Shown: positions 52,701 through 63,483, counted from the whole stretch's first letter. The stretch: DNA of 63,483 bases, filler included, from Lenisia limosa (GCA_001655205.1; 10 parts of 10 records of this genome joined end to end with filler, not necessarily neighbours in it), one strand, 5' to 3'. The notes: generated by a model not told the origin, from the sequence alone. Numbers and translations are program-made.

Positions 52701-53450
52701 TCTCTAATCATCTTGATATGGATCTGTGCGATCGTTGTTTTTTGTAATATTGTTTTTGGGGTTATGGTTATGGTGGAGTACTAAATCCTCTTTGCTGGGT
52801 TGTTATTAATGAAAATTGCTGATGTTAGCTAAGTGTAATAGATGATAAATAAAAGGTGGTCTGATAGGAGGCCATGCATACATTTATTCACGCCTTGCCT
52901 GGTCGAAGCCGCCTATACCAACGCTTATATTTTCGTCCACACCATTGCGAAGAGAGAGGATTATTGTCAATAATTCTTCACATACATCTAAAGGCACCCG
53001 CCTATCTTAAGCCCCCAGCTAAAACCTACACACCTTGAAACATATACTATAGGTATTAACATCATGTTGAAAACGTCTTTGAGATGATACAATAATTGAT
53101 ACCCTCACTATTCAAGGAAACTGAATTCTTCCGCAACGAAACACGAAACACATTGACATTACTACCATAAAAAACCGTCGCTTTCAAGACTTGTTTTCTC
53201 GGTCTAATAAACTCCCAAGTCCCACAGCCTCGAAATAGTGTTCCTTCTAAAAAAGAGTGAACAACAACAAATCAAAAGAGCAAAGAAAATATTATTTGAG
53301 AGAAAAGACAAGAGGATCTTCATAACGCCAGGGTTTTTGACCTTCACTTTTGCCAAAATAAAAAGACTAAATTCTCGATAAATCCTCGAAAACAATCGAT
53401 AGTTTATCGGTCTTTTCCAGACCTGAGTGAGTCCCCAGACAATTTCTTAC

Positions 53451-56420
53451 CTAATATAGGCATCCAATCCGTCTTACTTTCCTAATATAGGCATCCCATC
53501 GCGAAGAGGCATAGCCCTCGTAGAAGTCAACTTCATCCTCTTCGCAGTCTTTTAGCTTCAATAATGACCATGCTGTCCAGACTAGATGCGACGCCAAAAC
53601 GCCAATCTAAAATCAGTCAAAATAAAACAAGGATAGAAAATAGCTAATAACAGAAAGGTTAATCAGAAAGGATAGCACATGTCAGCAAAGGTAATCTAAA
53701 ACCAGTAAAAATAGCTAAAAAAAAATACAACAATAAGAGCTTACAGCTCCCAAGTTGATCTAAAAAGACCGGCAAGTCTCATGATACAACAAGAAGGTGA
53801 TCAGAACAAAGTTAATCCAAACAAACCTGTGCTTGCCTCCATAGTTGCAGCACTCCTTCCTCAGTTGCCTTATCACCTGGAAGATGAGTGATTGTTTTTT
53901 ATGGCATTTATATCAAATGTGTTATTAGCATCCCTTGGTTTTATTTTCTTGTTTCCAATTAAAGCAGGTTGGTAAACCAGAATCTCGGCTCGGATTCCCA
54001 GCCAGTTTTGTGTTTTAATTTTTTCATATTATCAAAGAAAATATCATAAAGAAGTCTACGCCTAAATAAAGATGCATAGACAAAGAAGAAGAAGCAAAAG
54101 GAAGAGTTCTCAAGCTTAAACGAAAAAAGGTATTTTCCAGCCTTTATAGTATGTAGCTTATGGTTTTACGCCCTTAGGACAATTTGCGATTCCTAGAAAG
54201 TGTTCAGATATGCGATTTGAGAATGGCGGAGTCCCCCCATACCGAGATATGCCCTACAGAGTTCCGTTTGAACGGTCTCAGACGGGTGATACTTGTCCCA
54301 GTCCTTGTCGATGAAGGTGTGTTCACAGAAGCAGTTTCCTATGTCGAACCCCACGAAATTGGGACCCGCGTACTCGAAATCAATGAGTTGGACTGGGGTG
54401 TGAGTGGAGCGGAGACATATCCTATCATATATATCTTTCAATAAAAACAGTGAAGATAGGCTAAAACGAAAGCATGACATTCCTTATGGTAATTCCTCAT
54501 CAACTATTTCATAAATGAAAATAATAAAAAAGGTTGTATCTGGCCGAAGTTGTTCACACTATCATGCTTATAGTATAATATTAATGCACATGCACCCAGT
54601 CATACTCAAATAGTTAACATTATAGTATTTTTGAATTGATGATACCATTCCTTTATTCTGAAAACATGATATTATATCACGTTTTGGGTCTCTTTCACAC
54701 GCGTAAACTATTTTAAATGTCGCGATACGATACCACAAATCCACTCATGTGATAACTGAGTTCAGCATTTCGACTCAAGGTCGCTCATATGATAATATCA
54801 CCAGCGGATATGGGTTATCAGTTTAGTTCGCTAAAAACTGAAAACATGAAAACCAACATACTGGTTTTGGGAAGGCCTCCGTCTAATTCCGTGACAATGC
54901 AGTTGCCGGCATTGGCGTCATTGTGCCCAAGTACTAACGTGTTGTTGAGAGCTTCAAACTGGGGTGTAAGACGGACGAAATGGCTTTTTTTGAAAGCAGT
55001 ACTAAATTGACGGTGATCTATAGTGTACTATACCATGTACTATTCCAAAACACTAATCGTATTGTTATAGTACCACAAGTGCTGTATATTATCATTAAGT
55101 CTTGACCGATTTCCTTGGGATATCATAGAGTAAATCGGTCAAGACTTATCCCGGTCACTGTAGATGTAGAGTTGAGAAATAAAAAACAAGGTTGTTTCTG
55201 GCTGAAGCTGTCCACACCATAAAGCTTATGAGGTATTGGATTATAGTAGACATATTCGACAATTAATTCACTCAAACATTTGCCTTGCAACCCTAAAGAT
55301 TATTCCATCACATCATCATTAGGGCTTCACTTCAGTTCGAAAAAAGATTGAATTTCTCGATAAATCCTCCAGAACTATTGACATTTCCCAGGGTTTTTTC
55401 CGAACCGAAGTGAAGCCCTAATCATCATAATCATCATCAGACACACCCATCCTTACCCCCCCCCCCNNNNNNNNNNNNNNNNNNNNNNNNNNNNNNNNNN
55501 NNNNNNNNNNNNNNNNNNNNNNNNNNNNNNNNNNNNNNNNNNNNNNNNNNGAGCTGTGTGATGCTCGAACTTGTGAATGTTGATGTAGGTGACAGCTCCG
55601 AGCACCACTGAAAAAAATGAGTGTTTCACGCGGATTGTTTTGCATTAAAGGAAAATAGCAGGTTTATGATAGATATTCGTACACTATGAGGGGGCAATTA
55701 AATTCAGTTTGATAAAATATCAGAAATAGTAGATTTGCTAAAAAGCTGTTTTAGACAATATTAGGAGAAAGAAGTGAAGGTTTATGTATTATACTAGAAG
55801 AAATGAAGAAAATACCTCCAGAAACCAATTCAGTCTTATCCTATATTGAGAGAAATACCCCGTCTTGACATATCCCGGTCACCGTATATATAGCAATGAG
55901 AGAAAAAAATAAGGTTGAATCCGGCCGAAGCCGTCTACACCATCATCACGCTTATAAGCCCCCCCTCCCCCAACAAACTTCAGACATGCAAGAAGCGAAC
56001 TTTGATTCCGATCCCAGACACTCTGGAATGCGCATAGTGTGCCACTCGCTCAGACTCGACATTAAACACTTGCCATATGCCATTTGTCGGAATTTCTGGG
56101 GGGGGGGGGGGGNNNNNNNNNNNNNNNNNNNNNNNNNNNNNNNNNNNNNNNNNNNNNNNNNNNNNNNNNNNNNNNNNNNNNNNNNNNNNNNNNNNNNNNN
56201 NNNNATGGCCTATCAAATACCCCTCATACACACAGAAAAGACGATAACGATATTGCTATGAGGAGTTACCGAGAATTTTGGTGATTCTGGGAAAGTTGGA
56301 AATCCTCTTAATGCAGTACCCCGCCGCCCCCTCTATTTGACGTCACCAACCTGCAAGCAGACAACTTCGCCCTCTATGAAATCGTAGCAGCTATACTGCT
56401 CGGAATTGAGGTAGACATTT
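53451..56420 (-). CDS. Choline/ethanolamine kinase; 5' end further upstream or in gaps
   Basis: CYDFIEG, LVLGHNDANAGNCI (Brenner motif), VQLIDFEYAGPNFVGFDIGNCFCE, LCRAYL, LASHLVWTAWSLL..DFYEGYASSRWDAY. Confidence 0.9.
55097..55160. mobile_element. Tc1/mariner-like MITE, family C (left end eroded)
   Basis: AAGTCTTGACCGATTT...AAATCGGTCAAGACTTATCCCGGTCACTG-TA. Confidence 0.75.
55320..55420. mobile_element. hAT-like MITE, family A, 101 bp
   Basis: TAGGGCTTCACTTCAGTTCG...CGAACCGAAGTGAAGCCCTA with perfect TSD ATCATCAT at 55312-55319 and 55421-55428. Confidence 0.92.
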
Positions 56421-58608
56421 GCTCCGTGAGAGTAGTCGTGGAGGAGCTATAGAGATGAGAAATAAAACAAGGTAATATCTAGACGAAGCTGTCCACACCA
56501 TCACGCGTATAAGAGTCTTGTCTCACTCTGTGTACACAGCTCTTCCTGCCCCCCCCTATTATTAGTCATCTACGTAACATAATCACAAGGTCAAGGTATA
56601 TGCCTTTCTTTTGATATTATATCTAAGAGTCAAATTTCGATATTTATCGAGGATTTATCAAGAAATCCAGTCTTTTTGGGGACCGTAGGGAAGCCCAAAT
56701 TATATTAGATTCCACATACCATCATCACAACGTTTTCCGTTTTGCGATTGACTAGGGCTTGGTTGGTGTTGTTGAGACGAAATAGGACCTTCTTGGGAAC
56801 TAGGGAGTAACAAAATGATCAAAAGATCATCTCTTTTGTCACAATTACACCTATGTTTACACCAATGTTTGGTTACACCTTTCCCTATGTTTATACCAAT
56901 GTTTATACCTATGTTTACACCTATGTTTACACCTATGTTTAGAGCTTCCATATCTTCCCAGAAAAAACCTGGGAAATATTATCAAAAGGAATTCTAATTT
57001 TGTCAGATCCCTCCCCCCCCCCCCNNNNNNNNNNNNNNNNNNNNNNNNNNNNNNNNNNNNNNNNNNNNNNNNNNNNNNNNNNNNNNNNNNNNNNNNNNNN
57101 NNNNNNNNNNNNNNNNNNNNNNNNNNNNNNNNNNNNNNNNNNNNNNNNNNNNNNNNNNNNNNNNNNNNNNNNNNNNNNNNNNNNNNNNNNNNNNNNNNNN
57201 NNNNNNNNNNNNNNNNNNNNNNNNNNNNNNNNNNNNNNNNNNNNNNNNNNNNNNNNNNNNNNNNNNNNNNNNNNNNNNNNNNNNNNNNNNNNNNNNNNGG
57301 ATCATTATCCACGCAGTAATATGATACTTCATATTCACTCGTATGATAATGGAACGACAAGTCTCAATGACATCAGCATCCCCATTACATTATACTCCTA
57401 CCACCATCATCATCCCCTTTACCATCTTCCTACTCTTCCTCCCCATCACCACCACCATCATCATATCAACACAATCATCATCACTGCCTCACGATCCCCC
57501 CACCCTAGCTTTGATGACAGCCCCCTGTGGTCTGCAGCAAGTTCGCCATCTTGGAACATACTCAGAGCATTTCACTTCCGCAATCTTTAAAGTCAAACAC
57601 AGCGAAATGTGGCATCTGAGAGAAGATTGAACAAAATAAAAAGGTGTTGAGTATGTATTTGAGTATGATCATTCACTATGTGGTAAAGAGGAGTTTGTCC
57701 TTTTTGAATGCTCATACAATATGTATATTAAATTGAGACGTACAGAAAAAAGCTCTTCCTCAGGGATGTGCATTTTAAGATGCCAATCGACAATCGACCG
57801 CCTATTATACTATTTATTACTAATTAAAGCGTTACTAACCACCTGGCGGGGGGTGTTAACGGCTTGCGTCAAACTCTAATGAGATTTGAAAATACTAGAA
57901 TCTCTCTTCTTCCATAAAATTTCAAGTTCAACCACTTTTAGAAGTATTTAAGCTAAGTAAAAGGTCAGAAAAATCAACAGAAACAATTTAAATATCACCC
58001 GGGTTCCGGGGTTCCTTTATCAATTCACAAAATTGTCAAAAGTTCCTCTCTTTCACTTGTTTACTCAAAGAAGAAGCTAATTTGAAAAAGAAGAAGATTT
58101 CACAATGGCAGGTCGCGGAATTGGGCCTACCCCCACCCAGCGAAGGTTGGTGCGGTTGCGATCTCTGTGTTTGATGGTGCATTATTGAGACTAACTACAC
58201 GGTCCTTCTGGATTCTTTCATGCACTATCCATATGCACACATTGACTCCTCATTCATGACGACCCCCTCTCCCTTTCTGATCTGTATGGATTCCTCTTTT
58301 CCTATACCCTTCCCATTTTCCTCACTATTCCATCCTTCCTTTTACTTTTGGACCTCTTCATCTTTTTACATTTTCCACCTTTCCCCTTTTCCCCTCTGTT
58401 TCCCTCCTGTGCGCTGGAGTGATACGGTGATGCAAAATCGACTTACTTGGCGTTGTGTATTTTGTTTTCAACCCATGTGTGTTTCTCAGATGTTTAACCA
58501 ACAGTGTTGTTTTAAGTTTTGTTTTTGCTTCCTAAATTTTCCATAGTTACCCCCCTTGTTTTTGTTTTGTTTTGTTTTGTTTGCTTTTTCTTTGTTTGGT
58601 GTTTCAGA

Positions 58609-58661
58609 TTATTCGGTTCGTGATTAGTACCTTCACGCCAATATTCTTCATTGAAATTTCC
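58609..58661 (+). repeat. Dispersed repeat family E, representative copy
   Basis: TTATTCGGTTCGTGATTAGTACCTTyACGCCAATATTCTTCATyGAAATTTCC. Also at 50437-50487 and 26725-26760, and reversed at 28825-28880 and 50659-50697. Confidence 0.8.
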
Positions 58662-59287
58662 TTCGTTTTACTACCCCTCCCCCTTGATGCGGTGCTACAG
58701 AAGCGACTTGCCTGGGCTTTGTTTGTTTTTTGGGANNNNNNNNNNNNNNNNNNNNNNNNNNNNNNNNNNNNNNNNNNNNTTAATTAATTAANNNNNNNNN
58801 NNNNNNNNNNNNNNNNNNNNNNNNNNNNNNNNNNNTTTCAATTTGTATATCAATTGTCTATGTATCACACAGAGGTTGTATCAATTATCTATGCATCACA
58901 GAGAGGCAGTATCAATTGTCTGTGTATCACAGAGAGGTGGTTTTTTTGGGGGTCTGTTCTTTTCTATTGCAGGCAGTATCTACATTTCTCTTTTGTTTTT
59001 TGTACCATACAGAGGTGACTCTGGGTCTTATTGCAGTAAATCTTTCAATTTACCTCGTGATTCCCGAAATCTTCCAATTATCCTCCTAGTGATCCCCAGT
59101 GACAATGACATTGTGGACATATCGACAGACTATACCAAAGGGCCCGATATTGATGATGACGAAATCTGGTAGCCGGCCACGCATGTATAATATTCAGGTT
59201 TTTAATGTATTTAATGTTCCATCCATGAGGCCTTGCGCCGCCAGACCCCTGGATCGGAAGTGAGTGTTCTTTTTTATTGGAGGTAAT

Positions 59288-59386
59288 GAGGGCTTCACTT
59301 TGATTAGAAAAAAACTGTTTAAATATCGATGGTTTCGAGGATTTATCGAGAAATCCAGTCTTTTTTCGAACCCAAGTGAAGCCCTA
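59288..59386. mobile_element. hAT-like MITE, family A
   Basis: GAGGGCTTCACTTTG...CCAAGTGAAGCCCTA with the same internal core. TSD not recognisable. Confidence 0.75.
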
Positions 59387-60589
59387 GACTTTACAAGCAC
59401 GTTTCTAGAAAAAGAATCATGTGGGGGTATACCTCTACACACCGTTGCGGTCGCAAGGCCATATTGTCCACAATTAATTTATATAACCACGGGCTAATGG
59501 AACTTACGGTTCCGAATTTCACACAAAAAAAACTTTCAATTCGAAATCGGAGAGTTCATTACATCAGTCCTCGGTTACGTGATCATTCACACACACACAC
59601 ACACAAAAAACGATTTCAATTCAGTGAGAGTTCATCAGCAATTTAGGACCGTCTTTACTCACCCTCCCGTAATAGACTTTTCCAGTTCTATTGTATCGTT
59701 GTTTCAGACAGAATCCAGAATCATCTATCATATAATACTAAATCAGATACCATGCACTTCGGCCACTTAAAGCGAAGTCAAACACGTTCCGGGCTGGCGT
59801 TTTCTGGAGGGATGAGGGAAAACCTTTTAAAGTTCAACACTCGCATACAATATCTGCTTCAACCAGATAAAACCATGTTTTGTTATTTCTCCTTACTATA
59901 TATCGATATGATTGAATGGCTTTGATAATGAAGGAAAATTTTTTGTAAAAGAATAATGAGATCTCCCCATTCATAAGAAACTACAAAAAATACATTTTGA
60001 TTTGGTTCCTTCATAAGAGAAGAATAGTCGATTTTGATGATTATACCCCCACCCCTCCTCGCACCGGTTGGGACAAGCTGAGGCTGCGGGGGAGGGGGCT
60101 CAGAGGTGATGTTGGTTGAGGGAGCTAGGGGGCTCAGAGGTGATGTTGGTTGGGGGAGGGAAGGTAGTCGATATTTCTTGTTTACCTAGCTAGTGGGGAA
60201 AATATATCGTGTTATTGTAGTATAATAATGACTGCAATTCGATTATCTTCTGCATATTGCCTCCGATATGTACCCGTTAACATAATTATATGTCATATAA
60301 TATATTATATCATATGATATGTAATACCCCAACCCCTTCACCATTCTGTGGCCCGGGCGAATCAGGCCCGGGTGCCGGGGGGCCCTCAGTGTCGGAAGAG
60401 ACGGACGTGTAGTTCCGCTGCCTCTGGAACTTGTTGACCGACTGGGGGGCGGGGGTAAGTGGTTGTACGTATAACTATGATACCAAATNNNNNNNNNNNN
60501 NNNNNNNNNNNNNNNNNNNNNNNNNNNNNNNNTTAATTAATTAANNNNNNNNNNNNNNNNNNNNNNNNNNNNNNNNNNNNNNNNNNNNG

Positions 60590-63360
60590 ACATGTCGTCC
60601 CTCTGCGCAGACATGGGTCTGGATAACCCTCTCAACTCCGAGTCATTCCAAGCCCTCAATAATAAGAACATGTACGGGGCGTGTGACCAGTTCTGTTTGA
60701 AAAGGATATTCGTTCACTTCATATGATTTTTTTGCAATAGTTCTGCAGATACATATGTTTAATTACACCACCCTTAATCCAAGTAACAAACTAGTTGTCC
60801 TTTTTCGACATTTATTCATTAGAATTTGATATTTGAGTTGAAGTATTTCCTTTTCTTGACAATTTTATTACAGACGATGTCCTTACTCCCCCCCCCNNNN
60901 NNNNNNNNNNNNNNNNNNNNNNNNNNNNNNNNNNNNNNNNNNNNNNNNNNNNNNNNNNNNNNNNNNNNNNNNNNNNNNNNNNNNNNNNNNNNNNNNNNNN
61001 NNNNNNNNNNNNNNNNNNNNNNNNNNNNNNNNNNGGACGATTTCGGTAGCATCTGTGGCTTCGGCTCTTGTTTTGAACGTGTCTCCTCTCCAGGTGAGAT
61101 GAGCTGGAATGACAGGATATTTATTGAGGCTTTGTCGAGATGAGCTGGAATGACAGATATTTATTGAGGCTTTGTCGAGATGAGCTGGAATGACAGGATA
61201 TTTATTGAGGCTTTGTCGAGAAATCGAGTCTTTTTGTGACCTGAGGAAGGCTCAATGCACATGCTCTTACATATTTTATTATATATAATTATATCAATAC
61301 ATATGTACAATACGCTAAGAGTATGTATATAGGGTATCATAGTGTGTGTATGTATGAATTGAGCTTGTGTAGGTCACTACATTGTTTTGATAATCGGCTT
61401 CTAGAATATGGAAGTTTCAAGCTATAATAATAAGGAAAATCGGGTGTCTATTACTCTGGCCACGATAAGTCCTGACACGATTGACAGAGATAAAGCTCAA
61501 TATCCATGTCTATACGCATCGCTGTCTCCTCTGAGCCAAGTATAACATAATAATAATGAATAGAAGTACTCACGCATTCAGGCCAAGATTATGAGGGAAA
61601 ATCTTCATCAGTTGACAAACAGTCTTCCGCAAAACACGCCAATTCAAGGTATGTGCTTCAGGAGAGGGGGGGGGGGGGATTCAAGGTATATGAGGTTATC
61701 AAATTACCTCTTCCCCCTATTGATCGGCTTCTTGCAAATCTTCGCATTTCGCTAATTCAATTCACGACCCCTTCAGGACTATCCACCATGCAGCACCATT
61801 ATGTCGTGACAATTGGACTAAAGGCGTTCGCCTGGGGCCTGGCGGGACTTTCTTCTGGAATGGTAGGAAGTAATTTTATTGCTTGAGAATAAATATACAC
61901 GACCGGGATACGTCTTGACCGATTCACTATGTGATTTTCCAAGAAAATCGGTCAACACTATCCTGGTCACTGTATACTCTCTAATGAGGAATCATCTTCA
62001 GACGAATCGGGGTTATTGAAAGAGGAGTGGCTACAAACAGGTTTTCAGCTATATAAATCAGAATGAGAGAGAAATAATAATAATAAAAAATGGAACGGTG
62101 GGACTCTATTTTGTAATAAATCAGAATTTTCATCTTAATTAATTATTTTATTTCACCTTTCCATTTACCCCTTCTCCAGAATGATCATACTCCGACCTCA
62201 GTACAGTGGCAGCAGGCTCTATTCCCTAATATCTCAAAACAACCCGAAGTGCTAAATGTGGGCCCTTGGGGGAGAGGGGTCCAAGGATTACTGTTTGTGT
62301 TATAGTGAGGGCTAAGTCTTGTCTGAAAAGTAGATTTCCTAATTTTCAATCAAGAGTAACCCCAGTTAGTCTGCGTGTTTTTTTTATTTTGGCCTTAAAT
62401 GGCCTGTTTGAACTGCATGTTTTTTTTGTCCAATGTCACTTCTAATACTTGACAATGTGGAATAACCCTGATGCAGCGTTGACATTGTAGGATGAAACAA
62501 CGATGATGATGCAGTGTATAGAGGCTTCTGATGATGACGCGTTGAGTACTTTGATCAAAAGACTGCCAACTCGTGGGAATGGGTTGTTTTTTTGGTAATA
62601 AACGAGGGGTTAGAAATAAACGCTATTTTGACTCTGAATATTGACTGAAAAGTATACAGATGAACCACCTTCATACATCTTCATTCATCATTTCGGATCA
62701 AAAGTGAATCATAGTATCATCATCATACCTATTTTTTTGGACAACTACTTGTCTTTATTGATCTCTCCACTAATTAATAATGTGATACTATGGACAAACA
62801 TTGAGCATGTTTGTCAACTCTGTGATGTCCAATGAACCGTCCTGTCTAATCCGAATAGATGTTCGCAGGCATAGAGTGACGGAACTTTGTGGCCGTCTTA
62901 TTGCCTGTTGTCGCCCTAAGGTTGGTTATAACTGGAATTAGAAAATGTAATGCGACTTTCCATATCGTTGTGTTTTTTTTTGTTGACTTCCCCTGGTTTA
63001 CCCCTCCCCCCCAGGTTTTAGTTCCCGAATGCGCTGGTCAAGTCGTACAGCATTTATTGAAGACGTGAGGGGGGAGGGAGGCAATACAAATTAACTAAAG
63101 AGATTTAGAAATGTTGAGGGAATGGGATTGTTTAATATTCAATATTAGTTATTCAATTAGCTATAGGCTTCATTTAGGTTCCAAAAAAGACTGCATTTCT
63201 TGATAAATTCTCGACAATTATCGATATTTTACCGGGTTTTCCGAACCGAAGTGAAGCCCTAGTTAACTCCCAACCCCAGACAAAGCAGCGCACCCCTCAT
63301 ACCAGCAAGCCGGGTCGCGTCGTTAGCTGACCTTCCTTCGCTGCTGTCCGATACCAAAGC
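60590..63360 (+). CDS. Unidentified multi-exon gene, probably alpha-helical, running out of the window
   Basis: Successive in-phase AG/GT exons: ..SVASVASALVLNVSPLQ|AKIMRENLHQL..|GLSTMQHHYVVTIGLKAFAWGLAG..|NDHTPTSVQWQQALF..|DETTMMMQCIEASDDDALSTLIKRLP|..VTELCGRLIACCRPK|VLVPECAGQVVQHLLK. Confidence 0.6.
61098..61219 (+). repeat. Intronic tandem repeat, 3 x about 41 bp
   Basis: Unit GATGAGCTGGAATGACAGGATATTTATTGAGGCTTTGTCGA. Confidence 0.95.
61898..61972. mobile_element. Tc1/mariner-like MITE, family C
   Basis: TA-CACGACCGGGATACGTCTTGACCGATT...AATCGGTCAACACTATCCTGGTCACTG-TA. Confidence 0.8.
63164..63261. mobile_element. hAT-like MITE, family A
   Basis: Degenerate left TIR TAGGCTTCATTTAGGTTCC and intact right TIR CCGAACCGAAGTGAAGCCCTA. 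Confidence 0.8.
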
Positions 63361-63400
63361 GGTTGGGGGGGTGAAGGGATTTTGTTTCGTTTACAATCGG

Positions 63401-63483
63401 TAAATCCTCGATAAATCCTCGTTAAATCCTCGGTAAGTCCTCAATAAATCCTCGATAAATCCTCGATAAATCCTCGATAAATC
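63401..63483 (+). repeat. 11-bp tandem array running off the window end
   Basis: Unit TAAATCCTCGA, seven full copies plus a partial copy. Confidence 0.95.

Noticed and set aside
56700-56997. GVNI/PMFT repeat ORFs
   Set aside because: They are translations of a 12-bp intronic tandem repeat (CCTATGTTTACA).
26065-60544. TTAATTAATTAA islands as a biological repeat
   Set aside because: They are always embedded in N runs and encode stops in all six frames, so they are assembly spacers.
1-63483. Alternative genetic code (TAA/TAG or TGA reassigned)
   Set aside because: Well-supported genes end in TAG (IDE, DHPS, DUF229-like), TAA (SepSecS) and TGA (METAP1, MNAT1) and show no systematic internal stops. 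The single SepSecS TAA has a splicing explanation.
1-63483. Translation-related gene cluster (DHPS, RWD, SepSecS, METAP1)
   Set aside because: The genes are separated by artificial linkers and unrelated genes, so there is no evidence of real linkage or co-regulation.
1-63483. tRNA, rRNA, SECIS or telomeric arrays
   Set aside because: None was recognisable by eye. A covariance-model search would be needed to exclude small RNAs.

Overview
Intron-rich eukaryotic (protist-like) nuclear DNA from a gappy draft assembly. There are many N gaps, and nine artificial N-TTAATTAATTAA-N linkers join contigs whose real adjacency is not guaranteed. Most ORFs in the six-frame track are antisense shadows or intron read-throughs, so I rebuilt genes by hand from GT-AG exons. 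Recognisable genes: insulin-degrading-enzyme-like M16 peptidase (3' part), deoxyhypusine synthase, a DUF229-like secreted/type II protein, an RWD-domain protein, an SMC4 hinge fragment, a CTP synthase fragment, SepSecS, methionine aminopeptidase 1, MAT1/MNAT1, a LOTUS/OST-HTH protein and a choline/ethanolamine kinase, plus several unidentified spliced genes. Introns and intergenic DNA hold many short non-autonomous transposons: at least three hAT-like MITE families with 8-bp target-site duplications (TSDs), one Tc1/mariner-like family, and unclassified repeats. Highlights: (1) two intron classes, 21-38 nt AT-rich micro-introns in SepSecS and SMC4 versus longer introns with G-rich 5' and C-rich 3' ends; (2) three of five SMC4 micro-introns have GT-TG or GT-CG ends inside otherwise open, conserved coding sequence; (3) a Polinton/Maverick-like remnant next to the SMC4 fragment. 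Family assignments come from motif recognition only; no database search was run, and the organism cannot be named from this window.
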